A DNA stretch of 23,209 nucleotides, from positions 1 through 23,209 of the forward strand of contig JAQBGU010000064.1 of assembly GCA_032128375.1 (NCBI GenBank), written 5' to 3'. Of this stretch, positions 7,989-16,170 are shown one piece after another. This DNA is from Deltaproteobacteria bacterium (GTDB lineage: Bacteria; Myxococcota_A; UBA9160; SMWR01). The notes under the pieces are model-generated. The model saw nothing but the letters and a program-made list of their open reading frames with translations, made no database searches and had not been told where the DNA came from. Each line of letters begins with the position of its first letter. Position 1 is the stretch's first letter. The translations under genes and the position numbers were made by a program.

Positions 7989-8852
7989 TCAGGACGGCAA
8001 TCGGATACGAGCGACAACCGGAAGATGGTCCGACGCACGCTGGGCCGCTGGACTATCGTGGGCCACCAGCGAAACGAGTTTGACGCCCGAGGTGTAGATC
8101 CGGTCCAGCGCGAGAACGGGTCGCGCCGATGGAAATGACATCGGAAAATCCGTTTCGTTTCCGACCATCCCTTTTGCGAGCGCTCGCGTTGCCGGGCACT
8201 TGCGCCACGAGTTCATGTCGCCGAGCAACAAGGTCGGGCCGCTCTGCAGCCTCGGATGCTCGAGCAGTGCCCGAACCTGCCGGTGCCGTGTCCGATCGGC
8301 CAACGCCAGATGGGTCGAGACGACGTCGAGCACGCCGGATTCGAAAGGGATCTGCGCCGACACAGCTACGCGCTTTTCCATCCTCGAAAAGGAAAGGTCC
8401 AAAATCGAAGCGGCGCCGATTGGCCATCGCGACAAGATCGCATTGCCCAGTTCGCCTCGCTTGTGCACACGAGTCGCCGCAAACGCAACGTGCATCCCCA
8501 ACGCCTCGGCCAGTGTTTCGAGCGGATCGTTGCCGTCGTGTGAACGCATCACCTCTTGGAGCGCGATGACGTCGGCGCCGATTTCGGAAATGACGAAGCC
8601 CGCCCGAGCAGGGTCGGACTTCGCGTGCCCGTTGAGCCCGGTCCAACGATGAACGTTGTAGGTCGCGACTGTTATCAGGCGCTTCATGGGGCGTGGCGAC
8701 ACCGCCACCCGGGGAGCCCGCAGCAAACATAAATGCGGAGAGTCGAGATGACCGGGGGCCGACGCAGCAGCCATGCGCGCTTTCTTGCGCGTGCCAGCCT
8801 TCTCGACCCGGCGAGCGATCTTGCTTCTGACTTCAGACCTGACGGCAGTCAT
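7989..8852 (-). CDS. endonuclease/exonuclease/phosphatase (EEP) family hydrolase (alternative start 8687)
   Basis: TYNVH, DVIALQEV, GNAILSR, STHL, GDMN, LDRIY and SDHLPV motifs. Confidence 0.9.
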   Translation of the reverse strand: MTAVRSEVRSKIARRVEKAGTRKKARMAAASAPGHLDSPHLCLLRAPRVAVSPRPMKRLITVATYNVHRWTGLNGHAKSDPARAGFVISEIGADVIALQEVMRSHDGNDPLETLAEALGMHVAFAATRVHKRGELGNAILSRWPIGAASILDLSFSRMEKRVAVSAQIPFESGVLDVVSTHLALADRTRHRQVRALLEHPRLQSGPTLLLGDMNSWRKCPATRALAKGMVGNETDFPMSFPSARPVLALDRIYTSGVKLVSLVAHDSPAAQRASDHLPVVARIRLPS

Positions 8853-9156
8853 CGATTGCTCGAGCGATCCATGCCGCGATGCGCGGCTGCCGTCCTACAT
8901 CGGCCGCCGGGTTGCAGAAGTGGAATTCGCTGTATCGATCTTCGGTTCAGATAGGGAAGGCTCAGGTTGGGCGAACTCCAAACGGGCGACCTCGAACGGG
9001 CCCCTCGTCTCATAGGTCGGTGTCTTGGTGAATAGACGGCATTGCGGTCCCGAACCGCATTCGATCGGTTGGCGGAGCATAGCCTCGTCGCTCTCCGCGG
9101 TAAATTCCCTACGCAACTTGGGTACTTGGTACATCATTTGCCTGCTGGTTCTATGC

Positions 9157-9176
9157 CCGAAATCAATCGATTTCGG
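9157..9176. promoter_or_regulatory. palindromic site in divergent promoter region, possible operator
   Basis: CCGAAATC-AATC-GATTTCGG perfect 8-bp inverted repeat, 38 nt upstream of the aminotransferase ATG. Confidence 0.4.
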
Positions 9177-9213
9177 ACAAGCCGGAGCCGGGCATGCCGA
9201 TACGGTACGGACG

Positions 9214-10593
9214 ATGGCCAAATCCAAACCGAGTCCGTTCAACAGCATGCTCGAATCGCCTCGCGTCCGCGATGCCGCCCGCGAACTTATCGCGGCAGTC
9301 GCAGAGGAAGCGAGCCAACGCGAGCTCTCACCCAAAGCCTACCAGCGCGCACTCAGAGAAGTGGCGCGGCTCCGGGGTCGCCCCTTGTTCTTTCCGGCGA
9401 TCAGCGGCGGAACCGGTCGAGGTGCACGCGTCCGGATGGCCGATGGCACCACCCGATTGGATTTCATCAGCGGTATTGGAATGTACGGCTTCGGACACAG
9501 CGACCCGGATCTGTTGGAAACCGCTGTCGTGGCTGCCGCGGGCGACTCGGTCTTCCAAGGACATCTGTTTCCGGGTGTTGAGTACATCCGGCTGTCGAAA
9601 GCCTTGCTGCGCCACGCGGGCGGTCGTCTGACGCACGCCTGGTTGTCGGTCTCTGGCGCGATGGCGAACGAAAACGCCCTGAAACTGATCTTTCAAAAAC
9701 ATAGCCCGGCAGATCACATCATCGTATTTGAAAAGAACTTTGCTGGTCGCTCGCTGGCGTTAGCCGAGATCACCGACAAGCCGGCGTTTCGCGACGGCCT
9801 TCCCCTGAGCGGCAAGGTGTTGTACGTCCCGTTCTACGACGAATGCGATACGGCTTCTACGGAGCACAGCCTGGCGGTGCTGGAAAGCCATCTGGAGCGA
9901 CACCCGGGACGTATCGCCGGGATGGGTTTTGAGCTCGTTCAGGGCGAGGGCGGGTTCCGGTGCGCGCCGCGCGAGTTTTTCGTCGCACTGATGGAGCGCT
10001 GTCGCGAAGCCGGGTTGGCAATCTGGGTCGACGAGGTGCAGACATTTGCTCGCACGGGTGAGCTGTACGCGTTTCGAACCCTCTCGCTCGAAGACCTGGT
10101 CGATGTCGTCACGGTCGGCAAGTCGCTTCAGGGAAGCGCCGCGCTTTTCACCAAGCAGTACAATCCGCGTCCCGGCCTGATTGCGGGTACGTTTGCAGGA
10201 TCGACTGTCGGCATGGCCGTCGGGACTCGCATCATCGAGCGCCTGGAACTCGAAGGCTACTTGGGCCCGGAGGGCCGCGTCGCAGTGCTGGGGGGCCGCT
10301 TCGAACGGCGGCTGGATTCGTTCGCAAAGCGCATGCCGAGATGCGTAGGGCAGCGATCCGGAATCGGTGCCATGCAGGCCTTCGTCCCATTCGATGGTTC
10401 GCCCACAGTTGTCTCGGCCATCGTACAGGCCGCGTTCGAAGAAGGTCTGATGATATTCAGCGCCGGTTCGAATCCGACCAAGATCCGCATGCTGCTTCCG
10501 GTAAACACCACCGACGAAGAGCTGGAAGCGGGCTTCGCGATGCTCGAAAAAGCCATGCGCCGGGTTGCAGAAGAGAGCGCGATTCAGTGCTGA
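9214..10593 (+). CDS. class III PLP-dependent aminotransferase (probable succinylornithine transaminase, AstC-equivalent)
   Basis: LDFISGIG..FGHS, SGAMANENALK, ELVQGEGG, DEVQT and PLP lysine VGKSLQG. It is the first gene of the operon with astA/astD. Start is set at ATG 9214. Confidence 0.85.
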   Translation: MAKSKPSPFNSMLESPRVRDAARELIAAVAEEASQRELSPKAYQRALREVARLRGRPLFFPAISGGTGRGARVRMADGTTRLDFISGIGMYGFGHSDPDLLETAVVAAAGDSVFQGHLFPGVEYIRLSKALLRHAGGRLTHAWLSVSGAMANENALKLIFQKHSPADHIIVFEKNFAGRSLALAEITDKPAFRDGLPLSGKVLYVPFYDECDTASTEHSLAVLESHLERHPGRIAGMGFELVQGEGGFRCAPREFFVALMERCREAGLAIWVDEVQTFARTGELYAFRTLSLEDLVDVVTVGKSLQGSAALFTKQYNPRPGLIAGTFAGSTVGMAVGTRIIERLELEGYLGPEGRVAVLGGRFERRLDSFAKRMPRCVGQRSGIGAMQAFVPFDGSPTVVSAIVQAAFEEGLMIFSAGSNPTKIRMLLPVNTTDEELEAGFAMLEKAMRRVAEESAIQC

Positions 10594-11612
10594 TCGTGCG
10601 CCCGATCGCCATCGGTGATCTCCCGCAACTACTCGATCTGGCCGAACTGCTCGACTCCATGAACCTTCCCCGCGATCCGGATTTCCTCGAAGCCCGTATT
10701 CGACAGTCCGAGCGTTCGTTCGCCGGTGAGCTCGAAGACTGGCGCAGCGGTGTCTACATGTTCGTGCTCGAGGAGTTATCGACGGGTCGAGTCATCGGCA
10801 CGTCGTTGATATTGGCAAAAAACAGCCGGCCCGATGCTCCTTACTATTGGCTCGCGGTGACAACCGAGGAACGCCGAAGCACCGACTTGGATCGCCGCTT
10901 CGAGCACACGAAGCTTCAGCTGCATTCGACCACCGACGGCCCGACGGAAGTCGGCGGGTTGGTCCTTGACCCTGCGTTTCGAGGCCACCCGGAAAAATGC
11001 GGGAAGGCCCTATCGATCGTGCGCTTTGCGTTCATTTCGATGTTTCCCGAGCGCTTCGAGCGCGAAATCATCGCCGAAATGTTGTCCCCGTTCATCGAGC
11101 CGGGTCGCAACTTGCTTTGGGAAGCGTTCGGAACGCACTTCACGGGCCTTCGCTACCGAGAGGCAGATCACTTGTCGTCTCGCAGCAAACAATTCATCGC
11201 CGACCTGTTTCCAGTCGACCCCGTCTACACTGTATTATTTCCACATCAGGTCCAGGCTGTAATCGGCCAGACCAACGAGACCGCGAAGGCCGCGGTCGCC
11301 ATCTTGGAAAAGATCGGCTTCCGCTACCTCAACCAGGTCGACCCATTCGATGGCGGTCCGTACTACGGAGCCGCGCGAGATGCAATCTCATCCGTGCGCG
11401 AGAGACGCCAACTTGTGTTGCCTGGCCGGATGTTCGAGGGCGCCCGGCCACGCGACGCACCGCTGGCTTTGTTGAGTGCCAACGCAAAGCGCGGCTTCCG
11501 GGCGACCGTGGTTCCGCTCGGTGAAGGCTGTGCTCCGCTGCTTAGCAAGGATGGACGAGAGGCCCTCGGCGTCAGCGCGGGCGACCGCGTTAGCGTGACA
11601 CCCCTACCGTGA
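10587..11612 (+). CDS. astA: arginine N-succinyltransferase
   Basis: GTG start overlaps the upstream stop (MLIVRPIAIGDL). Motifs NLPRD, GPTEVGGLVLDP.FRG, RFAFI..FPERF...IIAEM and VDPFDGGP are typical of AstA. Confidence 0.88.
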   Translation: MLIVRPIAIGDLPQLLDLAELLDSMNLPRDPDFLEARIRQSERSFAGELEDWRSGVYMFVLEELSTGRVIGTSLILAKNSRPDAPYYWLAVTTEERRSTDLDRRFEHTKLQLHSTTDGPTEVGGLVLDPAFRGHPEKCGKALSIVRFAFISMFPERFEREIIAEMLSPFIEPGRNLLWEAFGTHFTGLRYREADHLSSRSKQFIADLFPVDPVYTVLFPHQVQAVIGQTNETAKAAVAILEKIGFRYLNQVDPFDGGPYYGAARDAISSVRERRQLVLPGRMFEGARPRDAPLALLSANAKRGFRATVVPLGEGCAPLLSKDGREALGVSAGDRVSVTPLP

Positions 11613-13048
11613 GCACGAACAAGGTGAGCACGAGCGAACTGGTCAGCGTCTCGCCCGCCGACCCCAGCGATGAAGTCGGCCGCTTTCCAGTCGCCGACGA
11701 GGCTTGTATCGATGCGGCCGTAGCGCGAGCACGGCGCGCATTCCCCGGCTGGCGAGACGCCGGTTTCGAAGCGCGGGCAGGCGTACTGCGCCGATTTCGC
11801 GATCTCGCGCGCGACGCCGCACCACAGCTCGCTCGGCTGATCGCCCGCGAGGTCGGCAAGGCCATTTGGGAGGCGAAAGCCGAGGCGGCGCTGTTGTCCC
11901 CCAAGGTGGATGGGACGCTCGTTGAGGGTATGAAACTCGTCGCACCGATCGAGGCAGCCCCGAACGCCCGCGCGACCTTCCACCCGCGAGGCGTGCTTGC
12001 GGTAATCGGCCCGTTCAATTTCCCGGCCCACCTTCCCAACGGTCACATCGTTCCAGCTCTCGCTACGGGAAACAGTGTAGTTTTCAAGCCGAGCGAGATC
12101 GCACCAGCAGTCGGCGCACAGATGGCCGAGTTGTGGCGGCGCGCGGGGTTACCCGACGGTGTGTTCCAGGTCGTCCAAGGCGCGAAGGAGACCGGGCGCG
12201 CGCTCTCGATACATCCGGATATAGACGCAATTCTGTTTACGGGATCCTACGCGGTCGGGCGCTCACTGCGCGAGGCCACGCTCGATCAGCCCTCGAAATT
12301 GCTGGCGCTCGAAATGGGCGGCAACAACGCGATGGTGGTACTCGCCGATGCAGACCTCGATCTGGCCGCGACCGAGGCCGCGCTGTCGATTTGTGCGACG
12401 ACCGGGCAACGCTGCTCGTGTGCGGGGCGTCTTTTCGTGGCGAGGTCGATTCTCAACGAGTTTCAAGACAAGCTGATCCGTGTACTGCTCGAGCTGCGCA
12501 TCGGAGCGCCGCTCGAAGACACGACATTCATGGGGCCACTCGCATCGCGCGACGCCTTCGCGCACGTGATGGCGCGCCGCAACGCTTCGGCCGAAGCGGG
12601 CGGCGAGCGGGTACTACACATCGAGCCAAATCTGCCGCCACCGTACCTCGGCCCAGGGCTCGTCCGCTTCGAGAGCTGCGAACAATCCCATCCCTATCAG
12701 CGCGAGGAAATTTTTGGTCCCGAAGCGTCGCTGTACCCGATCGACGATCTCGACCAGGCGATCTGTGCCGTCAACGATTCGGACTACGGCCTGGTCGCGT
12801 CCGTAATCACGAAAAACCGCGGACACTTCGATCACTGCGTGGGCCGGATCCGCACGGGACTGCTCAATTGGAACAAAGCAACCGTTGGCGCCAGCGGTAA
12901 GCTGCCGTTTGGAGGATCGGGCCGCAGCGGCAACGACCGGCCGGCCGGCATCACATCCACCATCTACTGCACGGTCCCCCAATCCCACCTCGAGGGACCC
13001 GCCGAATTCGATCCCGCCGCCCTACCACCGGGGATGAATCGGCCGTGA
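11609..13048 (+). CDS. astD: N-succinylglutamate 5-semialdehyde dehydrogenase (ALDH family)
   Basis: GPFNFPAHLPNGHIVPALATGNSVVFKPSE, FTGS, LALEMGGNN, catalytic GQRCSC, EEIFGP and PFGG.G.SGN.RP motifs are AstD-like. GTGA overlap with astA. Confidence 0.88.
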   Translation: MSTNKVSTSELVSVSPADPSDEVGRFPVADEACIDAAVARARRAFPGWRDAGFEARAGVLRRFRDLARDAAPQLARLIAREVGKAIWEAKAEAALLSPKVDGTLVEGMKLVAPIEAAPNARATFHPRGVLAVIGPFNFPAHLPNGHIVPALATGNSVVFKPSEIAPAVGAQMAELWRRAGLPDGVFQVVQGAKETGRALSIHPDIDAILFTGSYAVGRSLREATLDQPSKLLALEMGGNNAMVVLADADLDLAATEAALSICATTGQRCSCAGRLFVARSILNEFQDKLIRVLLELRIGAPLEDTTFMGPLASRDAFAHVMARRNASAEAGGERVLHIEPNLPPPYLGPGLVRFESCEQSHPYQREEIFGPEASLYPIDDLDQAICAVNDSDYGLVASVITKNRGHFDHCVGRIRTGLLNWNKATVGASGKLPFGGSGRSGNDRPAGITSTIYCTVPQSHLEGPAEFDPAALPPGMNRP

Positions 13049-14010
13049 CATGCGCGGGTCAGCGCTGCGTGCTGATGGGCGACCCGCGGCACTTCAGCGT
13101 CAAGGGCGGCGCAAATCCCCACACGCGAACCCGCTGGGGAACGCGACGCCAGGTGGACCGCGAAAGCGCGATTCGCCAGTGGCACGGATTACACGACACG
13201 CTGGTCGATCTGGGCATTCGGGTGTTCGTCGTGCCACCCGATTCCGATTGGCCCGGATCCGTGTACCCCGCCAACGCCGGCTATGCGCTCGACGTCGACG
13301 CCCCGATGCCAGCCGGAGACAGACGCTACTATCTCGCGAACCTGCTGCCAACTCGTGCGGGAGAGAAGGCGCAGTATCGCATCGCACTGGCCGAAGCGGG
13401 CATCTCGCCGCTGGATATCGACGAGCGATTCCGCTTCGAGGGAGAAGCCGATTTCTTTCCCGCCGGCGACGTTCATCTGTTGACGCACGGCCGCGTGCAA
13501 GCGCAGCGATTCGTTCCAACCTGGGGGATCCCGCCCTGGAAGCGCGTCTACGGTTTCAGAACGGATGTCGGCGTAGAGCCGACCCTGCACAGTGCGATCG
13601 GCGATCGACCGATACTGCGAATCCCCCTGACACTGGAAGCCCATTACCACGGCGACACCGTGCTGTGCGCATTCGGTCCCGGACGCAACCACCTGCTCGC
13701 ATACCGCGAGGGAATCGAAGCGCAAGCGTGGAGTGCACTGCGAGACCACTTCGGCGATCACCTGATCACGCTGGGCATCGACGACGCCCAGCGCTACGCC
13801 GCGAACTCGTTTACCTATTCGACCTGCACCGACTCGCTATTGGTCATGCCCGACGGAATCTCCCAGCGCCTCAAAGACCAGATCCGCGAACGCGGAGTGA
13901 CACCAATTGCCGTAGATGTCTCCGAGTTCTTGAAAAAGGGCGGCGGATCCGTGAAGTGCATGGTGGGCGACCTGGGGGTGGTCGCCCCTGAAGACTCGGA
14001 TTGTCGCTGA
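13045..14010 (+). CDS. amidinotransferase/pentein family hydrolase (ArgZ/CtlX/DDAH-like), candidate succinylarginine dihydrolase
   Basis: VLMGDP.HFSV...NP, A.RQW..L, VYPANAG, FEGEAD, YHGDT and SEFLKKGGGSVKC (catalytic Cys) motifs. GTGA overlap with astD. Confidence 0.85.
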   Translation: MTCAGQRCVLMGDPRHFSVKGGANPHTRTRWGTRRQVDRESAIRQWHGLHDTLVDLGIRVFVVPPDSDWPGSVYPANAGYALDVDAPMPAGDRRYYLANLLPTRAGEKAQYRIALAEAGISPLDIDERFRFEGEADFFPAGDVHLLTHGRVQAQRFVPTWGIPPWKRVYGFRTDVGVEPTLHSAIGDRPILRIPLTLEAHYHGDTVLCAFGPGRNHLLAYREGIEAQAWSALRDHFGDHLITLGIDDAQRYAANSFTYSTCTDSLLVMPDGISQRLKDQIRERGVTPIAVDVSEFLKKGGGSVKCMVGDLGVVAPEDSDCR

Positions 14011-14076
14011 CCCAAATTCATCAGAGTTCGATTCTGGCTGAGGGGGAAGCGACTGCAGATTGAACGAATCTCACGT

Positions 14077-14104
14077 TCGCAACCGGATTTTCATCCGGTT
14101 GCGA
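14077..14104. terminator. strong hairpin downstream of the ast operon, possible terminator
   Basis: TCGCAACCGGAT-TTTC-ATCCGGTTGCGA perfect 12-bp stem. No U-tract, so terminator function is uncertain. Confidence 0.45.
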
Positions 14105-14154
14105 TGGCCGGACCCCCACGATGCAAGAGTTCTGATCGACATCGAAGCATAATT

Positions 14155-14196
14155 ACCCATCAAATGGGTTGTACAACCCAAATTTTGGGTCATAAT
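14155..14196 (+). promoter_or_regulatory. twin palindromic operator overlapping the promoter of the wHTH-NTase pair
   Basis: ACCCA-TCAAA-TGGGT (14155-14169), TGTACA, ACCCA-AATTT-TGGGT (14176-14190). TTGTAC-N16-CATAAT promoter-like elements are interleaved. Confidence 0.7.
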
Positions 14197-14224
14197 ATTT
14201 CCGGAATGACCAGGGAACTTCGCG

Positions 14225-14557
14225 ATGCTCGAAGGCATCTTCGGAAATGCCAGCGCCGAGAAAGTCCTCCTCTATCTCGAGCAATACGGCGAGGGATACG
14301 CGACCGCGATCGCGAGGAACTTCGACGGCCTCTCCCTCAACATGGCCCAGGGCCAGCTGGAACGATTCGAGCGGGCGGGCGCCCTCGTGAGTTCACTCAA
14401 GGGTCGGACTCGCCTCTACACCTGGAATTATCGCTACCCATTCCGCGCGGAGCTGCGCGCGCTCCTTGCAAAGGCGCTCGAAGCGTTGCCCGCTGCGGAA
14501 CGCAAGCGGTCCTTCTCTGAGCGCCGGCGGCCTCGGCGCGCCGGCAAGCCGCAGTGA
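14225..14557 (+). CDS. winged helix-turn-helix protein (antitoxin/regulator-like)
   Basis: LFG...EKVLLYL-like start, helix-turn-helix followed by a wing (GALVSSLKGRTRLYTWN), and YPF..EL..LL. GTGA overlap with the next gene. Confidence 0.78.
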   Translation: MLEGIFGNASAEKVLLYLEQYGEGYATAIARNFDGLSLNMAQGQLERFERAGALVSSLKGRTRLYTWNYRYPFRAELRALLAKALEALPAAERKRSFSERRRPRRAGKPQ

Positions 14558-15123
14558 GTCCGGCGAAGAAAACAACCGTCGAAATCGATAAGCACTCGAC
14601 CCTCGAAGAGGTCGCCACGCTTGTCTGCACGCGACTCGACGCGGACGGAATCTCGGTGGTTCTCTCCGGCGGCGGCGCGGTCTCGATCTATTCCGACAAC
14701 GAGTACGAGTCCTACGACCTCGACTTCGTCCCGACGGGTCTGGCCCGGCGTGTCGATCACGCGATGCAAGCGCTCGGGTTCGAGCGGCGACAGCGCCACT
14801 GGGTACATCCGCGCAATCCCTACTGGGTCGAGTTTCCGGCCGGCCCGGTCGCGATCGGTGAAGAAGTGATCCGCGAGTTTGCCGAGCGTCGCAACGCGGC
14901 GGGCATGCTGCGGATCCTGCACCCCACCGAGTGCGTGATGGATCGGCTCACCTGGTACTTCCACGATGCCGACCGCCAGTGTCTCGAGCAAGCGCTCCAG
15001 GTCGCCCGCAAGCATCATGTGGACCTTACACGGATCGAACGATGGGCGGCCGCTGAACAGCCGCACGGCACGGAGCGGTTTCAGGAGTTTCGGGACCTAC
15101 TCGAGCCATCCATCGAAGAGTGA
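14554..15123 (+). CDS. nucleotidyltransferase (DNA pol-beta superfamily, AbiEii-like)
   Basis: VVLSGGGAVSIYS...YESYDLDFV gives the GG.A and D.D signature of pol-beta-type NTases. Paired with the upstream wHTH gene. Confidence 0.75.
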   Translation: MSPAKKTTVEIDKHSTLEEVATLVCTRLDADGISVVLSGGGAVSIYSDNEYESYDLDFVPTGLARRVDHAMQALGFERRQRHWVHPRNPYWVEFPAGPVAIGEEVIREFAERRNAAGMLRILHPTECVMDRLTWYFHDADRQCLEQALQVARKHHVDLTRIERWAAAEQPHGTERFQEFRDLLEPSIEE

Positions 15124-15210
15124 CGTACTTGCGTGTTTGTGTGCTCTAACTATGCTTCATGCTATATGAATGGCGGTACGTAACTATCCGGATGCTGTGC
15201 GTTTTCCTGA

Positions 15211-15810
15211 TCACAAGATGGCGTTGTGCATGATCGGGGATCTGGGGATTTCGTCGTCGGTGAGGGCTTCGGATATCCACGAGAAGTCCACGCTTTCCGA
15301 CAGAGAACCCTCGGGTTCGTACAGCACCTCTAGTGCCGGTGCCGCGGGGGTGCCGTTTGGTGCCCCCGTCAGGGCGTCCGCATAGCCCTGCGATTCAGTG
15401 GGCATGAAGTGACCGTAAGTGTCCAGCAAGATCTTGGCGCTTGTCCAACCCCCTTGTTGCTGAACCCATTTGAATGGCGTTCCACGCGCGAAATGCAGGC
15501 TGGCCCACGTGTGCCGCAGGTCATGCGGCCGCAGACGACGGGCGGGCCTCAGTACCTTCTTGGCGATCTTCGGAAAAACTCACGAACGGAAGTTCGTCCC
15601 GAGGAGGAACCCGCCGAAGTGGTTCAGGAGGACAAGAGCCTGAGTTGGGCTTGGGATGATGTTCCTCAGCGCGATCTCATCAAGCGTGGAAACCAACCTC
15701 GCCCAGAGCTCCACCTCTCGCGAGCGACCTGTCTTTGTGGGGCCGAGTTGTATGTCGCTGGAGAAGCTCCGTGCGATCTGTGCCGCTGGGCCAAGTCAAT
15801 CTCCTCGCCG
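15211..15810 (-). pseudogene. tyrosine recombinase/integrase remnant (C-terminal catalytic half)
   Basis: Manual translation gives EIDL/..IARSF...PTKTGRSREVEL...NFRS*VFPK...RLRPHDLRHTWASLHFARGTPFKWVQQQGGWTSAKILLDTYGH. There is an in-frame TGA at 15580-15582, a frameshift near 15790, and no N-terminal half. Confidence 0.88.
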
Positions 15811-16170
15811 GCGCCAACAACTGCGGCGCGCGTCACAATCGGACAAGCGCCTCTTCCCACCCAGCGCCACAAAGAACACCGCTACGCCGATAACACAAGC
15901 GGCGCGCTGCTCCATCACCGAACACGAAAGCGAGCAGTCCAACGACCACCAGTGCGATACTCTCATTGCGTCAACTCGCTGCTTGCACCATCCAAGAGGT
16001 ACACGGGCTATCGTTTTGAATGCGAACTAGGAGGGCAGCACGAAATGGCCGCTCGGTGAGGTTGTTGCCGCTTCTCTTTTTGCTCTCGATCACGACTATC
16101 GGCTGTCGGACGGCGCCTGGGATCCGGCTGCACGCGAACTCGAACAAGCGGAAGCTCGAAAACGAGACCC

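Larger units (their letters stand above)
13956..15247. mobile_element. integrase-less 1.27-kb cassette bounded by att-like direct repeats (13956-13977 and 15226-15247)
   Basis: GTGCATGGTGGGCGACCTGGGG vs GTGCATGATCGGGGATCTGGGG (18/22 identical, CMVGDLG vs CMIGDLG). The right copy overlaps the 3' end of an integrase remnant. Confidence 0.65.

Noticed and set aside
9025..9213. Upstream extension of the aminotransferase ORF
   Set aside because: Not protein-like, and it lies in the divergent promoter region. ATG 9214 is preferred.
14022..14038. GTTCGATTC resembling a tRNA T-loop near the island boundary
   Set aside because: The flanks do not form a 5-bp T-stem, and there is no acceptor stem or CCA. 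The att-like repeat lies in the ORF instead.
15409..16059. 216-aa plus-strand ORF
   Set aside because: Antisense to the integrase remnant, which has clear catalytic motifs.
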